From sequence record SRR31156797_14865: a stretch of 37,268 nucleotides of DNA; one strand, 5' to 3'. The position numbers and the translations under genes are program-made. Of the stretch, positions 17,468 through 27,900 are shown piece by piece. A model generated the notes under the pieces. That model was not told where the DNA came from and searched no databases. It saw only the letters and a program-made list of their open reading frames with translations. Position 1 is the stretch's first letter. Each line of letters begins with the position of its first letter.

Positions 17468-17914
17468 ATGGAACACAAACAAATTCAAACACAACAAGTA
17501 TTTTACAGAACTGTAAGAACTAATCTGAAAAATATTGGACAGTTTGTTGGCACAATGCCTGCGCAACTGATGGAAGACCTTGCAAAAGAAGGCTTGCAAC
17601 CTGAAGGTCCACAGATTTGGAGATATATTGGAGCCGACGGGAATATTGAAACAGAATTTGATTTACAAGTAGGCATACCTGTAAGTGAAAAAAGGGAAGA
17701 TGATGATCGTTTTACTGATTTTACACCTTTCAAATGCGCTTCTTTTATCCATAAAGGTTCCTGGAGTGAATTTGGTAAAGTATATGAACGTATTATCGGT
17801 GAAGTAATGGTTGCCGGGCATAAAATGAATGGGGAAACCCGTGAAATTTATCACAACTGCGACTTTGAAAACGAACAGAATAATGTAACTGAGATTCAAA
17901 TAGGAATTGAATAG
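17468..17914 (+). CDS. GyrI-like small-molecule-binding protein (stand-alone effector-binding domain)
   Basis: GLQPEGP...FDLQVGIPV, HKGSWSEFGKVYERI and REIYH...TEIQIGI motifs. Confidence 0.85.
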   Translation: MEHKQIQTQQVFYRTVRTNLKNIGQFVGTMPAQLMEDLAKEGLQPEGPQIWRYIGADGNIETEFDLQVGIPVSEKREDDDRFTDFTPFKCASFIHKGSWSEFGKVYERIIGEVMVAGHKMNGETREIYHNCDFENEQNNVTEIQIGIE

Positions 17915-17945
17915 TGGATTTAAATCCAGTATTCTAATTTCCGAA

Positions 17946-18022
17946 TATCCAATATCAAAGATCCACGATCCAATATCAAAGATCCAATATCCAAGATCCA
18001 TTATCTAACATCCAATATCTAT
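17946..18022. repeat. Heptamer tandem array (NATCYAA-type, 11 units)
   Basis: tatccaa tatcaaa gatccac gatccaa tatcaaa gatccaa tatccaa gatccat tatctaa catccaa tatctat, ending 4 nt before ATG 18027; same consensus as 2001-2063. Confidence 0.9.
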
Positions 18023-18026
18023 TAAA

Positions 18027-18647
18027 ATGAAAAAAGAGTGGCGTAAACACGAAAAGCAGTACTATCTGCCAAAGCAAAAACCTGAAATAGTAGAGATTCC
18101 TGAAATGAAATTCTTTACTATTGAAGGCGAAGGTAATCCGAATGAACCATTTTTTGCTGAATATATTGGCGTACTTTATTCGCTTTCATATGCGGTAAAA
18201 ATGAGTCCCAAGAAAGGAATCCAGCCCTCAGGCTATTTTGATTACACAGTTTATCCATTAGAGGGTGTTTGGGATTTAAAAGAACTGGCAAAAAAGCAGT
18301 ATACTGGCAAATTCGATAAAAAAGACTTGATCTTCAAGTTAATGATTCGTCAGCCTGAATTTGTCACTGAAGAATATGCAAAAAAGACTCTTGAGGAAAT
18401 AAAGAAAAGCAAACCACACAAATTACTTGAGGAGGTTAAATTTGAATCCATTGCAGAGGGCAAATGCCTTCAAATGCTGCATGTGGGTCCATATGATGAT
18501 GAACCTGCCAGTTTTGCTCAAATGGAACAATTTGCCTTTGAAAATGGACTTGAACGAAAGTCAATGAAGCATCGTGAGATTTATATATCAGACGCACGCA
18601 AAACCGCACCGGAAAAACTTAAAACAACATTACGATTTACTGTATAA
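18027..18647 (+). CDS. GyrI-like protein, Lin2189/cyclopropanoid hydrolase-like subfamily
   Basis: IEGEGNPN, LYSLSYAVK, YTVYPLEGVW, LMIRQPEFV, HVGPYDDE and HREIYISD motifs. Confidence 0.85.
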   Translation: MKKEWRKHEKQYYLPKQKPEIVEIPEMKFFTIEGEGNPNEPFFAEYIGVLYSLSYAVKMSPKKGIQPSGYFDYTVYPLEGVWDLKELAKKQYTGKFDKKDLIFKLMIRQPEFVTEEYAKKTLEEIKKSKPHKLLEEVKFESIAEGKCLQMLHVGPYDDEPASFAQMEQFAFENGLERKSMKHREIYISDARKTAPEKLKTTLRFTV

Positions 18648-18667
18648 ACTGATTAAAATTTAAAGAA

Positions 18668-19024
18668 ATGAAAAGATTAGTTATCGCAACAATTTTAGGA
18701 GTATTGTCAGGCTTTGTTTGTTACAGTCTGGCTTCGGGAGAACAAGAAATACCAGTACTAATGGCAATTAGCATGATTATAAGCAGAACATTGATAGGCT
18801 TTGGTATTGGAATTAGCCGTTTCAAAATGAAGCATTGGTCAATCCATGGATTGGTAATGGGATTGATATTTAGCTTGCCTGGCGGATTTGCTGTAGTGGT
18901 AGGACCTGAAAATCCGGATTTCTCGGCTAATGTTATGTTTTTTATGACGGTTGGGATGGGTATGTTTTATGGATTCATGATTGAGTTGATAACTTCTGTT
19001 GTATTCAAAGCAAAACAGGTATAA
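18668..19024 (+). CDS. Small hypothetical membrane protein with about 4 Gly-rich TM helices
   Basis: Four hydrophobic segments; operonic spacing of 20 nt. Confidence 0.8.
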   Translation: MKRLVIATILGVLSGFVCYSLASGEQEIPVLMAISMIISRTLIGFGIGISRFKMKHWSIHGLVMGLIFSLPGGFAVVVGPENPDFSANVMFFMTVGMGMFYGFMIELITSVVFKAKQV

Positions 19025-19099
19025 TTATTAATGATTAATTGTAAATTATTATTTTAGGACGTTTTATATTGACAAATGTAATTTGAAATTCAATCAATC

Positions 19100-19849
19100 A
19101 TGGAAGAAATCATAACTATTACCCCGGAAAACATAGAAGAAGAACATATTTGCTGTGCCATGGCCGATAAGAAAAGCTTTGATGGTGTGGCAGCTAAAAA
19201 AGAGATACTTTGCAACCAATATCCCAATGGATATCGATTTAAGAAACTAAATGTAAAAGGTAAAGTGCTGATTGAGTACGCTCCAGCTGAAATTACGTTG
19301 AGTCCTGTTATTGCTCCTGATTTTATGCAAATACAATGCTTTTGGGTTTCAGGCAAATATAAAGGACATGGATGGGGGCGCAAACTCATGGAGCAGTGTC
19401 TTGAAGATTCTAAGGATAAGGCTGGAATAGTAGCTGTTTCCAGTGCTAAGAAAAAACCGTTTATGTCTGATCCGAAATTTCTGAAAAAGTTTGGATTTGA
19501 GGTTGTGGATGAAGCTCCACCATATTTTCAGCTTTGGGTGAAAAAGAATAAAGATGTAGCTGATCCAAAATTTTCAGATGCTTCAAAAGTTCAACAATGT
19601 AATGAAAAAGGTATTTCTTTGTACTTTACTGCTCAATGTCCTTTTACCGATTATTATGTGAAGAATGAAATGGTAGAGATTTCAAAAAAATGGGATTTGC
19701 CTTTAAATGTGCATCAGATTAAAACAGTTGATGAAGCTTTGAATGCTCCGACTGCTTTTCCTTTGTACAGTTTATTTGTGGATGGGCAGTTTCTGACTCA
19801 TGAGATATTGACAGAAAAACGATTTGCAAAGTTGTATAAACCCAGTTAA
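19100..19849 (+). CDS. GNAT acetyltransferase with C-terminal YoaP-like domain
   Basis: EEEHICCA, IEYAPAE, CFWVSGKYKGHGWGRKL (acetyl-CoA loop), TAQCPF and APTAFPLYSLFVDGQFLTHEI. Confidence 0.88.
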   Translation: MEEIITITPENIEEEHICCAMADKKSFDGVAAKKEILCNQYPNGYRFKKLNVKGKVLIEYAPAEITLSPVIAPDFMQIQCFWVSGKYKGHGWGRKLMEQCLEDSKDKAGIVAVSSAKKKPFMSDPKFLKKFGFEVVDEAPPYFQLWVKKNKDVADPKFSDASKVQQCNEKGISLYFTAQCPFTDYYVKNEMVEISKKWDLPLNVHQIKTVDEALNAPTAFPLYSLFVDGQFLTHEILTEKRFAKLYKPS

Positions 19850-19864
19850 ATGCATCAAATAATA

Positions 19865-19892
19865 AAAGCCTCATGATTTTTCATGAGGCTTT
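19865..19892. terminator. Bidirectional intrinsic terminator
   Basis: AAAGCCTCATGA-tttt-TCATGAGGCTTT, 12-bp stem between convergent genes. Confidence 0.85.
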
Positions 19893-19913
19893 CATTTCTA
19901 TTATAATTTTATC

Positions 19914-21814
19914 CTAAAACTTCTTCGTTTGAATGTATTTATCTAATTCGTTAATGCTTCCTTCACTATTAAATGCATCATTAACCTTATAGTATTCATT
20001 GCGATTATCGCATTTTAGATATGCAAATTTTGCAAAGTCAACTTTAGTATTATCACTGGAGAATTGCTCCATGATTACTTTGATTTGGCTTGCAGTAAGG
20101 CAGTAGTTGTCAGCTATTTGTTTGGCCATTGTGAGCTTGGCATTATCTGAAGTTTTATCAGAAATAGAAATCACAGCCTGACGGTATTTTTGCAAATTCA
20201 TGCCACATGATTTGCTAGAAACATTCACATTGGTGTTGATTTTCTTTGGTTCTGGATTTGAATTTCCGTCATTTAAATCTGGATTTGTTTTATTGGCACC
20301 AGCAGATTGATTGTTTTTTGGATTTGATAATGGTTGAGCTTTGTCTGCCGGCTCCAGTTGTTTCATTTCTGGTTCGCTTTTGTTAGCTGCTACACTTTTA
20401 TTGCTTCCAGGTTGGGATAGAGGTTTTGCTCCATTGGCAGATTTAAGTTTTCCTGATTGAGGGTGTTTTTTTTGAGCAGCAGCTGAGCTATGAGGGTGTT
20501 TTTGTTGAATACCCTGAGCACTTTGCGTATTTGAATGCAAAGAGGCAGAGCCCTTTACTTGGACATCTGCCCCTCCAATATTCATTTTAGCATCAACAGC
20601 AACCTTTACATTGCCATCACGCTCTGGTCTTGCATGTGGGGTGTGACTTTTTTTTTTGAACCTTGCGGTCCCATTAAGTCATTTTTTTCTTTTGTTTTAC
20701 CATTAAGTGCTCTTTCTTTCTCCATTTGGAAAATATATTGACCATTTGAACCTTTTCTTAATTTGTAGGTGGTTTCCATACCATCTTTAACCAATAATTT
20801 CTTATTTATAGAGTTTAGATTATTCTTGAAAAAATCGATCTTTAAATTGTATGATTGTCGGTCAAGATTTTCCAATGTATGGGTTGTTCCTGGTCTTTCT
20901 GTTTCTTTTTTACCATTTAAGAATATAGTAAATGGCTCTTTATCATTTGTATAAATAATTACCCTGTTGTTATTTGTCTTTGTTGCTGCAGCACTGCTAT
21001 TATCATCTTTCTTCGTCGCTCCGGCAGAGTTACCTCCTGATAAATTATGCGGCCCACTTCCATTTCCGGCTAATGTCCTTTCTTTTTCTAATTGAAATGA
21101 ATATTGGCCATTATTTAGCTTTGTTAGTTTATATGTAGCCTCTTTTCCATCTTTTACTAAAAGCTTTTTCGTAATAGGCTGAATAGTAGTTCTGTTAAAG
21201 TCAATTTTTAAATTAAATGACTGTTTATCAAGATTTTCTAGTTCGTACCGCGATTCTGCTTTAACTGAAGTTTTCTTACCATTTAAAAATACATAAAAGG
21301 GTTGATTTGTTGTATTGTAGATAATCACTCTGTTTTTTATAACCGCACTAGCTCCTGCACTGCTACTATTATCATTCTTTATAGCACCTGAAGAGTTTCC
21401 ACTTGTTAAACTACCTGTTTCTTTTGCTTTATCTTTGAAATTTGGCAGATTCTTCTCACCAGCTAGTTGAAATGCAAACTGCCCATTACCTAATTTTTTT
21501 AAATCATAGGTTGCTTCTTTACCATCTTTAACGAGTAACTTTTTATTAATAGCATTCAGATTGCTTTTAACAAAGTCAATTTTTAAATTAAATGATTGTC
21601 TCTCAAGATTTTCAAATACATGTTTTGTACCTGGTCTCTCTGTTCTTTTTTGACCATTTAAAAATACTGTAAATGGTTCTTTGGCATCAGTTTTAATGAT
21701 CACACGGTTTTTAACCGATTTTGATGCTCCTGCGCTAGAATTTGTTTGTGCAAATAAATTAAATGAAGAAAGCACAAAAAGGATGAGTGTTAGTACTGAA
21801 ATAGTTTTCATCAT
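19914..21814 (-). CDS. DUF4476-like secreted protein, split into two ORFs by a -1 frameshift at an A10 tract (20648-20657)
   Basis: ORF 20606-21814 has a signal peptide and three ~80-aa repeats (NRVII...PFTVFLNG...LERQSFNLKIDF...KKLLVKDG). ORF 19914-20585 has a low-complexity linker and a DUF4476-like domain (CLTASQIKVIMEQFSSDNTKVDFAKFAY...YYKVNDAF). The -1 frame is open from the A run to ATG 20585. Confidence 0.75.
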
Positions 21815-21831
21815 ATTAAGTTTTGGTTTTT

Positions 21832-21839
21832 CAAATTTA
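21832..21839 (-). promoter_or_regulatory. Bacteroidota -7 element
   Basis: TAAATTTG on the minus strand, 17 nt upstream of 21814. Confidence 0.45.
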
Positions 21840-21966
21840 ATTGTACAAGTTAAAACAAATTATTTTATGTGATTTTGCAATAGCTAAAATTAACATATTA
21901 TTTGAAATTTTAATATTTACAAGTATTACATTTATGTTACTTTTGCGATCAATTAAATTCAATACT

Positions 21967-24903
21967 ATGAGATACTTACTATTTACATTTTTATTTATCA
22001 TACAATCATTTGCTTTTGCATGGGAACCGCCAACATTAATATCTCCTTCTGTTGATTCTAATACAGAGAGTGGAGTTACATTTGATTGGAATGCTGTAAC
22101 CGGATCAGATGGCTATGTGCTGCAGTTGGATACTATTAACACATTTGATTCTCCTGTTTTATTTGAAAAAGAAGAGGTCTATATCAATAGTTCGAATTAC
22201 AATGACGATACTGATGAATATGTGGACGGATTATTTTTTGGAACTACTTATTACTGGCGCGTAAGAGCATTCAGTGGAACTGATTCATCCAGTTGGGCTG
22301 TAAGTTCTTTTAATGTTAAAGATCAGCTTACTTTTACTTCTCCTGTAATTGGAAGTACCATTGAAACAGGTTTAACGCTTGATTGGGAAGCTTTTTCAGG
22401 AGTGGAGTATTATGATTACCAGGTTGATACTACATCTAATTTTAATTCTCCAATTTTAATTGAGGGATCTAATGAATATTTAAACTCATCCAACTATAAT
22501 GATGACACCCGTCAATACATAGAGAATTTGTTTTTCGGTAAGCAGTATTATTGGCGTATTAGAGCTCGAACTGTTCAGGATACGTCAGCCTGGGTTACCA
22601 TGAACTTCTCTACTAAAGAACAGGTCGAACTTTTAAGTCCGAATGAAGGAGCTTTACTCGAAGCAGCTGCAACAATTGATTGGGATGCCCATACCGGAAT
22701 AGATTTTTATGAATATCAAATAGATACCACAGCAGCTTTCAATTCTTCCGTGATTATTGAAGGTCAAAATGCTTATATAAACAGTTCTAATTATAACGAT
22801 GATACGCATTATTACGCTACAAACCTCTTTATGGATCAGGTATATTTTTGGAGAGTACGTATGATAAATGCTGCAGATACATCTGCCTGGTCGCAAAGAA
22901 GTTTTATTACCGATACTTATATTGATCTTACAAATCCTTCGGCTGAAGCAAATGTTGAAGTTGGAGTATTGTTGGATTGGGAAGCTTTCTCTGGTTCGGA
23001 GTATTGTGATATTCAAGTAGATACCAGCGATCTCTATAATAGTTCAGCATTAATCACCGGGGAGAATGAAGCAACCGGCACTGTTAATTATAATGATGAT
23101 ACTGAATATTTCGTAAGTGGATTGTATTTTGGTGTGGAGTATCATTGGCGTGTTAGAGCGCGAAACTCAAACGATACTTCTGAATGGGAAACATCAAATT
23201 TTTTCACCAAAGATAATGTAGTGCTTCAAAGTCCAAATGATCAAAGTATAGTTGAAAATGGTGTTACACTAAATTGGGATGCACATTCTGGAGTTGACTT
23301 TTACCAATATCAGGCTGATACTTCGATGCTGTTTAGTTCATCTGCCTTGTTAGAAGGTGAAAATGTCTATATAAGTGGAGTGAATTATAATGATGATACT
23401 GAGGCATACATTAATGATTTATATTTTGGAAAAACATATTATTGGAGGGTAAGGGCAGGACATAGTCTGGATACGTCAGGATATGAAATGCGCTCATTTA
23501 TAACAAGTAATGATGTGGATATAGTGAGTCCTGATAATAATGCAACTAATATCTCAACCGATGGTGTAACATTGAATTGGGATGCTCACTCAGGTATTGA
23601 TTACTATCATTTACAAATCGATTCTACAAACTTATATGATAACCCGATTCATGATACTTTGATTGCTTACATAAGTGGAGTAAATTATAATGATGATACT
23701 GATTTTTATTTATCAGGTTTGGCAGAAGAAACAACTTACTTTTGGCGACTTAGGGTTATAAATGCCGTTGATACTTCTGATTGGACAGAAAGGGTCTTCT
23801 CAACAGGAGATAATGTGATTACCACACCTGATGTCCCTGCTTTAGAGTTTCCAGCTGATAATGAAAGTTTTATATTGCCTGACTTAACCTTCCAATGGAA
23901 CGATGTTGCTGATGCGACTAGCTATGAAATAGCCTGGTCAATAGAAGATAATTTTGCAGTTGCTGAAACTATGGAAGTTGTTGCTTCTATGTATGAAGTT
24001 GAAGATTTGCTCATTGATACAACTTACTTTTGGCGTGTAAGGGCTATGAATGGCTCAATTGTATCAGATTGGTCTTCAGTATATAGTTTTACCACCGGAA
24101 TAAATGTTCCTGAGTTGATTTCTCCCTTGGATGGCGACATTAACATAGATGTTGATGTAGTCGATTTAATTTGGAGTAATGTTGAGAGCGTAACCTATAA
24201 AGTTCAATTAGCTGAAAATCCTGATTTCAATCCGGCTACAAATGCTGCAACTAGCACAAATGAATACACAGCAATCGACCTTGAAAACTATCAAAACTAT
24301 TACTGGAGGATTCAAAGTGTTTATGATGCATATGAGTCTAAATGGTCTGATATTAATAGCTTTAAAACACGCTTAGCTACACCGCAGTTGTTAACCCCAG
24401 ATAATGATTCAACTGGCATTGAGCCAGATAGTATTGTGCTCCATTGGCAATTGGTGGATTCTGCTGAAAGCTATATCTATCAATACACGCAAATTTCAGA
24501 TTTTAGTACCTATGTTGAGGGTACATCAGTTGATTCTTTTGTTTTATTGCCAGAATTGAATGAAAGCAATACTTACTATTGGCGTATAAAGGCTGTTAAA
24601 GATGAAGAAGAGTCTCTTTGGAGTACAGCATATACATTTACGACCGGAGTTTTAACCGGCAATAATGGCATTGAAATAAGTGAGTTTAAAATATATCCAA
24701 TTCCTGCTAAAGACTACATCATTATTCAATCTGAATTTATGCCAGAACATAAAAAATCTGTGAAACTTATAAACGCACTTGGGAATACAATTAAGGTTTT
24801 TGATTTATCAGAAACTGAAAAAAGAATTGATATCGCTGATCTGCAAAAGGGATTATATGTAATAAGAATTGGTAATTATCAGACCAAATTTATTAAAGAG
24901 TAA
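21967..24903 (+). CDS. T9SS-secreted protein with nine FN3-like repeats
   Basis: ATG 21967 (MRYLLFTF) gives a signal peptide; repeats LxSP...LxW...YxxQxD...YYWRVRA; CTD IYPIPA...GLYVIRI...KFIKE. Confidence 0.88.
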   Translation: MRYLLFTFLFIIQSFAFAWEPPTLISPSVDSNTESGVTFDWNAVTGSDGYVLQLDTINTFDSPVLFEKEEVYINSSNYNDDTDEYVDGLFFGTTYYWRVRAFSGTDSSSWAVSSFNVKDQLTFTSPVIGSTIETGLTLDWEAFSGVEYYDYQVDTTSNFNSPILIEGSNEYLNSSNYNDDTRQYIENLFFGKQYYWRIRARTVQDTSAWVTMNFSTKEQVELLSPNEGALLEAAATIDWDAHTGIDFYEYQIDTTAAFNSSVIIEGQNAYINSSNYNDDTHYYATNLFMDQVYFWRVRMINAADTSAWSQRSFITDTYIDLTNPSAEANVEVGVLLDWEAFSGSEYCDIQVDTSDLYNSSALITGENEATGTVNYNDDTEYFVSGLYFGVEYHWRVRARNSNDTSEWETSNFFTKDNVVLQSPNDQSIVENGVTLNWDAHSGVDFYQYQADTSMLFSSSALLEGENVYISGVNYNDDTEAYINDLYFGKTYYWRVRAGHSLDTSGYEMRSFITSNDVDIVSPDNNATNISTDGVTLNWDAHSGIDYYHLQIDSTNLYDNPIHDTLIAYISGVNYNDDTDFYLSGLAEETTYFWRLRVINAVDTSDWTERVFSTGDNVITTPDVPALEFPADNESFILPDLTFQWNDVADATSYEIAWSIEDNFAVAETMEVVASMYEVEDLLIDTTYFWRVRAMNGSIVSDWSSVYSFTTGINVPELISPLDGDINIDVDVVDLIWSNVESVTYKVQLAENPDFNPATNAATSTNEYTAIDLENYQNYYWRIQSVYDAYESKWSDINSFKTRLATPQLLTPDNDSTGIEPDSIVLHWQLVDSAESYIYQYTQISDFSTYVEGTSVDSFVLLPELNESNTYYWRIKAVKDEEESLWSTAYTFTTGVLTGNNGIEISEFKIYPIPAKDYIIIQSEFMPEHKKSVKLINALGNTIKVFDLSETEKRIDIADLQKGLYVIRIGNYQTKFIKE

Positions 24904-24923
24904 TACACATTTGAATATGTATA

Positions 24924-24957
24924 AAAAACGCCCATATAATTGCATATGGGCGTTTTT
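24924..24957. terminator. Bidirectional intrinsic terminator
   Basis: AAAAACGCCCATAT-aattgc-ATATGGGCGTTTTT between convergent genes. Confidence 0.9.
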
Positions 24958-24985
24958 CGTTCATCGATTAATGTACAAATTGTGA

Positions 24986-27900
24986 TTATGGAATTTTTAC
25001 AATTCGTTTCGTTTTAATGGTATTGCCATCCTCAAACTTCAATAAATAAACCCCCGTTTCAAGCCCTGAGATATTTATTGTGAGTGAGTATTGATTGTTA
25101 CTCCATTGATCAATAGGCTGACCAGAAGTATTCAATAATTCAATTTTTTCATATTTATCCGCATTGTCAACTCTAATTACATTATTTGAAGGTACGGGAT
25201 AGATATTAATACCGCTTGTCCTTGTTAAAACAGGTCCAATTATTTCTGATTCAACTGGTTGGCCTTGATTGTATACTGATGTTTCGGAAACCGGCCATAT
25301 TGCAACAGAAAGATATTTCTCTAAATCTTCAGAAGTTGGCGTGTAGTAGGCATAGATTGCCCCTTCAATGAGCGTTTTGTTAGTTCCTAAAGAATCATCA
25401 CTTCTATACCACTGATAAAGTGAATTGCCTTCAATGTCACCATTCAAATCGAAGTATGTATAAACACTGTGTAGTGTATCGTTAACTTTTGCATCGCCCC
25501 AGATATCAATCGTACTTATTTCAGGATAATCCGGGAATGCAGGAGCATCTATTTGTTCATTGATAAGTAATTTATACTGTCCAGGATGCAATGTGAAAGT
25601 GGTATCATTAGTAACTATTTGATTGCCTTCAAAGTAACTATACCATGTGGTGGAAGCTGATAAATCAGGAGTATGTTCTTGCGCTGCAACATCAAAGTTT
25701 CCGATTAGAACAGCATATGTATTAGCATATTCAAAAGTGATTTCTTTGACTTCCCCATATCCACTTATGTTAAAATTAGTTGTTTGAAAAATAGGGTGTG
25801 ATTTTCTTAATTTGGCCAATTCGCCATAAAATTTGTATAAATGCTTTCTGGCTGGCTCATCCATATAATCCCAGCGCACAGGTTTTTCACAAACGCGACA
25901 GTCATAATCAATACTATAGTCATAGCCCATTTCTCCAAATTGCCATACCATTTTGGGACCAGGTACAGTTAAGAAAAACAGTGTAGCAAGTTCAGCTCTT
26001 CGTAATGCAGTCTCAAGGTTTGTAATTTGATAAGCACCACTACCATTTCCCCATTGTAGGTTTTTATACATCATTCGCTCTTCATCATGGCTTTCCATAT
26101 ATCCGACTAAACGAGGATAGTTCCATCCACGACTTTTGTATGAGATACCTGAAATATTTGAGTTGTCAATATATCCCATTGAAGACTCAAGGTATGAGTG
26201 GTTCATATTTCCCCATAGCAACATGCCGTAATTGGCTAATACTTTTTCTTCTGAATTATCAGTAAGATGTTCCAGAATTACATATGCTCCAGGTGCTGTA
26301 TTATTTATTGTGTCGTATATTTCTTTCAAAATATTGATACGTTCCTGATCATACGCCCAGCCATCTCCAGGTGTATTGGTAAATCCTTTAGTAAAGTCAA
26401 ATCGATATCCGTCAAACTTATATTCTTCTAACCAGTATTTTACTACTCTGCTTACAAATTCTTTTGTGTGAGAGCTTTCATGATCAAAATCGAATCCCCA
26501 GTAGTAGCTTTGATTTGGAGAAACTTCATTGTACCAAGGATTTTCAGGTGTTGGTTGTCCGTATTCACCGGCACTTCCATCAAAATATAGTTGTACCAGA
26601 GGTGATTGTCCATAGCTATGATTTAGCACCATATCAAGGATTACAGCCATTCCATTTTGATGACATACATCGATAAATTCTTTCAAATCATTTTTAGTTC
26701 CATAATACTTATCAGCTGCAAAATAAAATGATGGATTATATCCCCAACTGCTATTTCCTTCAAATTCACTAACGGGCATTAATTCAATGGCATTAACACC
26801 CAATCTTTTTAGATAATCAATTGTGTCAATTAAAGTTTGGTAATTTCTTTCTTCAACAAAATCACGTACCAATAATTCATATATTATCAAGTCTTTTTTA
26901 AATGGTCTTTCAAAATCTTCTACTTGCCATTGGTAAGCTTCTTGAGCTGTTTGAAATACGGAAACAATACCGTCAGCTTTTCCAACCGGGTAATTCATTA
27001 GGTTAGGGTAGGTTGATTCCGGTATATATTGGTCATTCCATGGATCCAGTATTTTGTCTGCATATGGATCTGCAATGGTTATTTCACCATCTACTATGTA
27101 TTGGAATGCATATTCCTGACCTGCTTCTAAATTATCAATGGTTAACCAATATCTTGCGCTATCTGGTGTACGATACATTTGATTTTCAGCACCAATGTTC
27201 CAGTTGTTGAAGCTACCTTTTACAAAAACAAAGTCTTTGTAAGGAGCAAATAGCACAAGTGTTACTGTATTATCGTCAATGTAATTAATTCCATCAATTA
27301 AATCATCAGATGGTAATGCTGCAGTTTGTGTTTCGGTTCTTACATATAAACTAATGCTATTGCTAAAAGCTGTATCAGCACCTGTTACATGTAGTGTAAT
27401 TTCATTAACTCCTGTTTGAGTTGCTTCAAAGGTATGGCTTATGTTGTTTGATGATACTGAAGCTACGTTTGAGCCATTGAGATCTATTGACAATTCTGTG
27501 GCAGCCAGCACAACGGCATTGATTTCAATATCGTCACCTACACTATAAATTGCAAGTGTGTCAGGGCTGTTCCATGTAACATCAAATGGATTATTGAATA
27601 CGTTTATGAAGATATCACCACCATCTTCACCACGACCTACAATTGTCCCGTCTTCGTTGCGAAATACGAATGCTAGTTGTTCAATGGTTTCACTGGCCGG
27701 AACACCATAATAATCAATAATACTAGGCGAAAGTGTTAATTGCCATGTATCTCCTGAGATTTTGGTTAGTTGTGTTTCAGTTGTGTTTTCACCCCAATCT
27801 GTTTTTACATATTTCCAGTCACTTGGTGAAGTGCTTTCAGAAGTAATTACACCGGTATGGGCGTAAATATCTCCGCTATAACCAGCCAATGCACCATTTC

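Noticed and set aside
17663-18001. 112-aa minus-strand ORF
   Set aside because: Translation artefact of the heptamer array, antisense to the GyrI gene.
17946-18022. CRISPR-like array
   Set aside because: Contiguous 7-mers without spacers; no cas genes or 25-45-bp direct repeats seen in the window.
21841-21966. N-terminal extensions in the ORF track (also 13861-13905, 28040-28138, 36553-36579)
   Set aside because: Downstream starts give proper signal peptides or family N-termini; the extensions start at non-ATG codons and cover intergenic or regulatory sequence.
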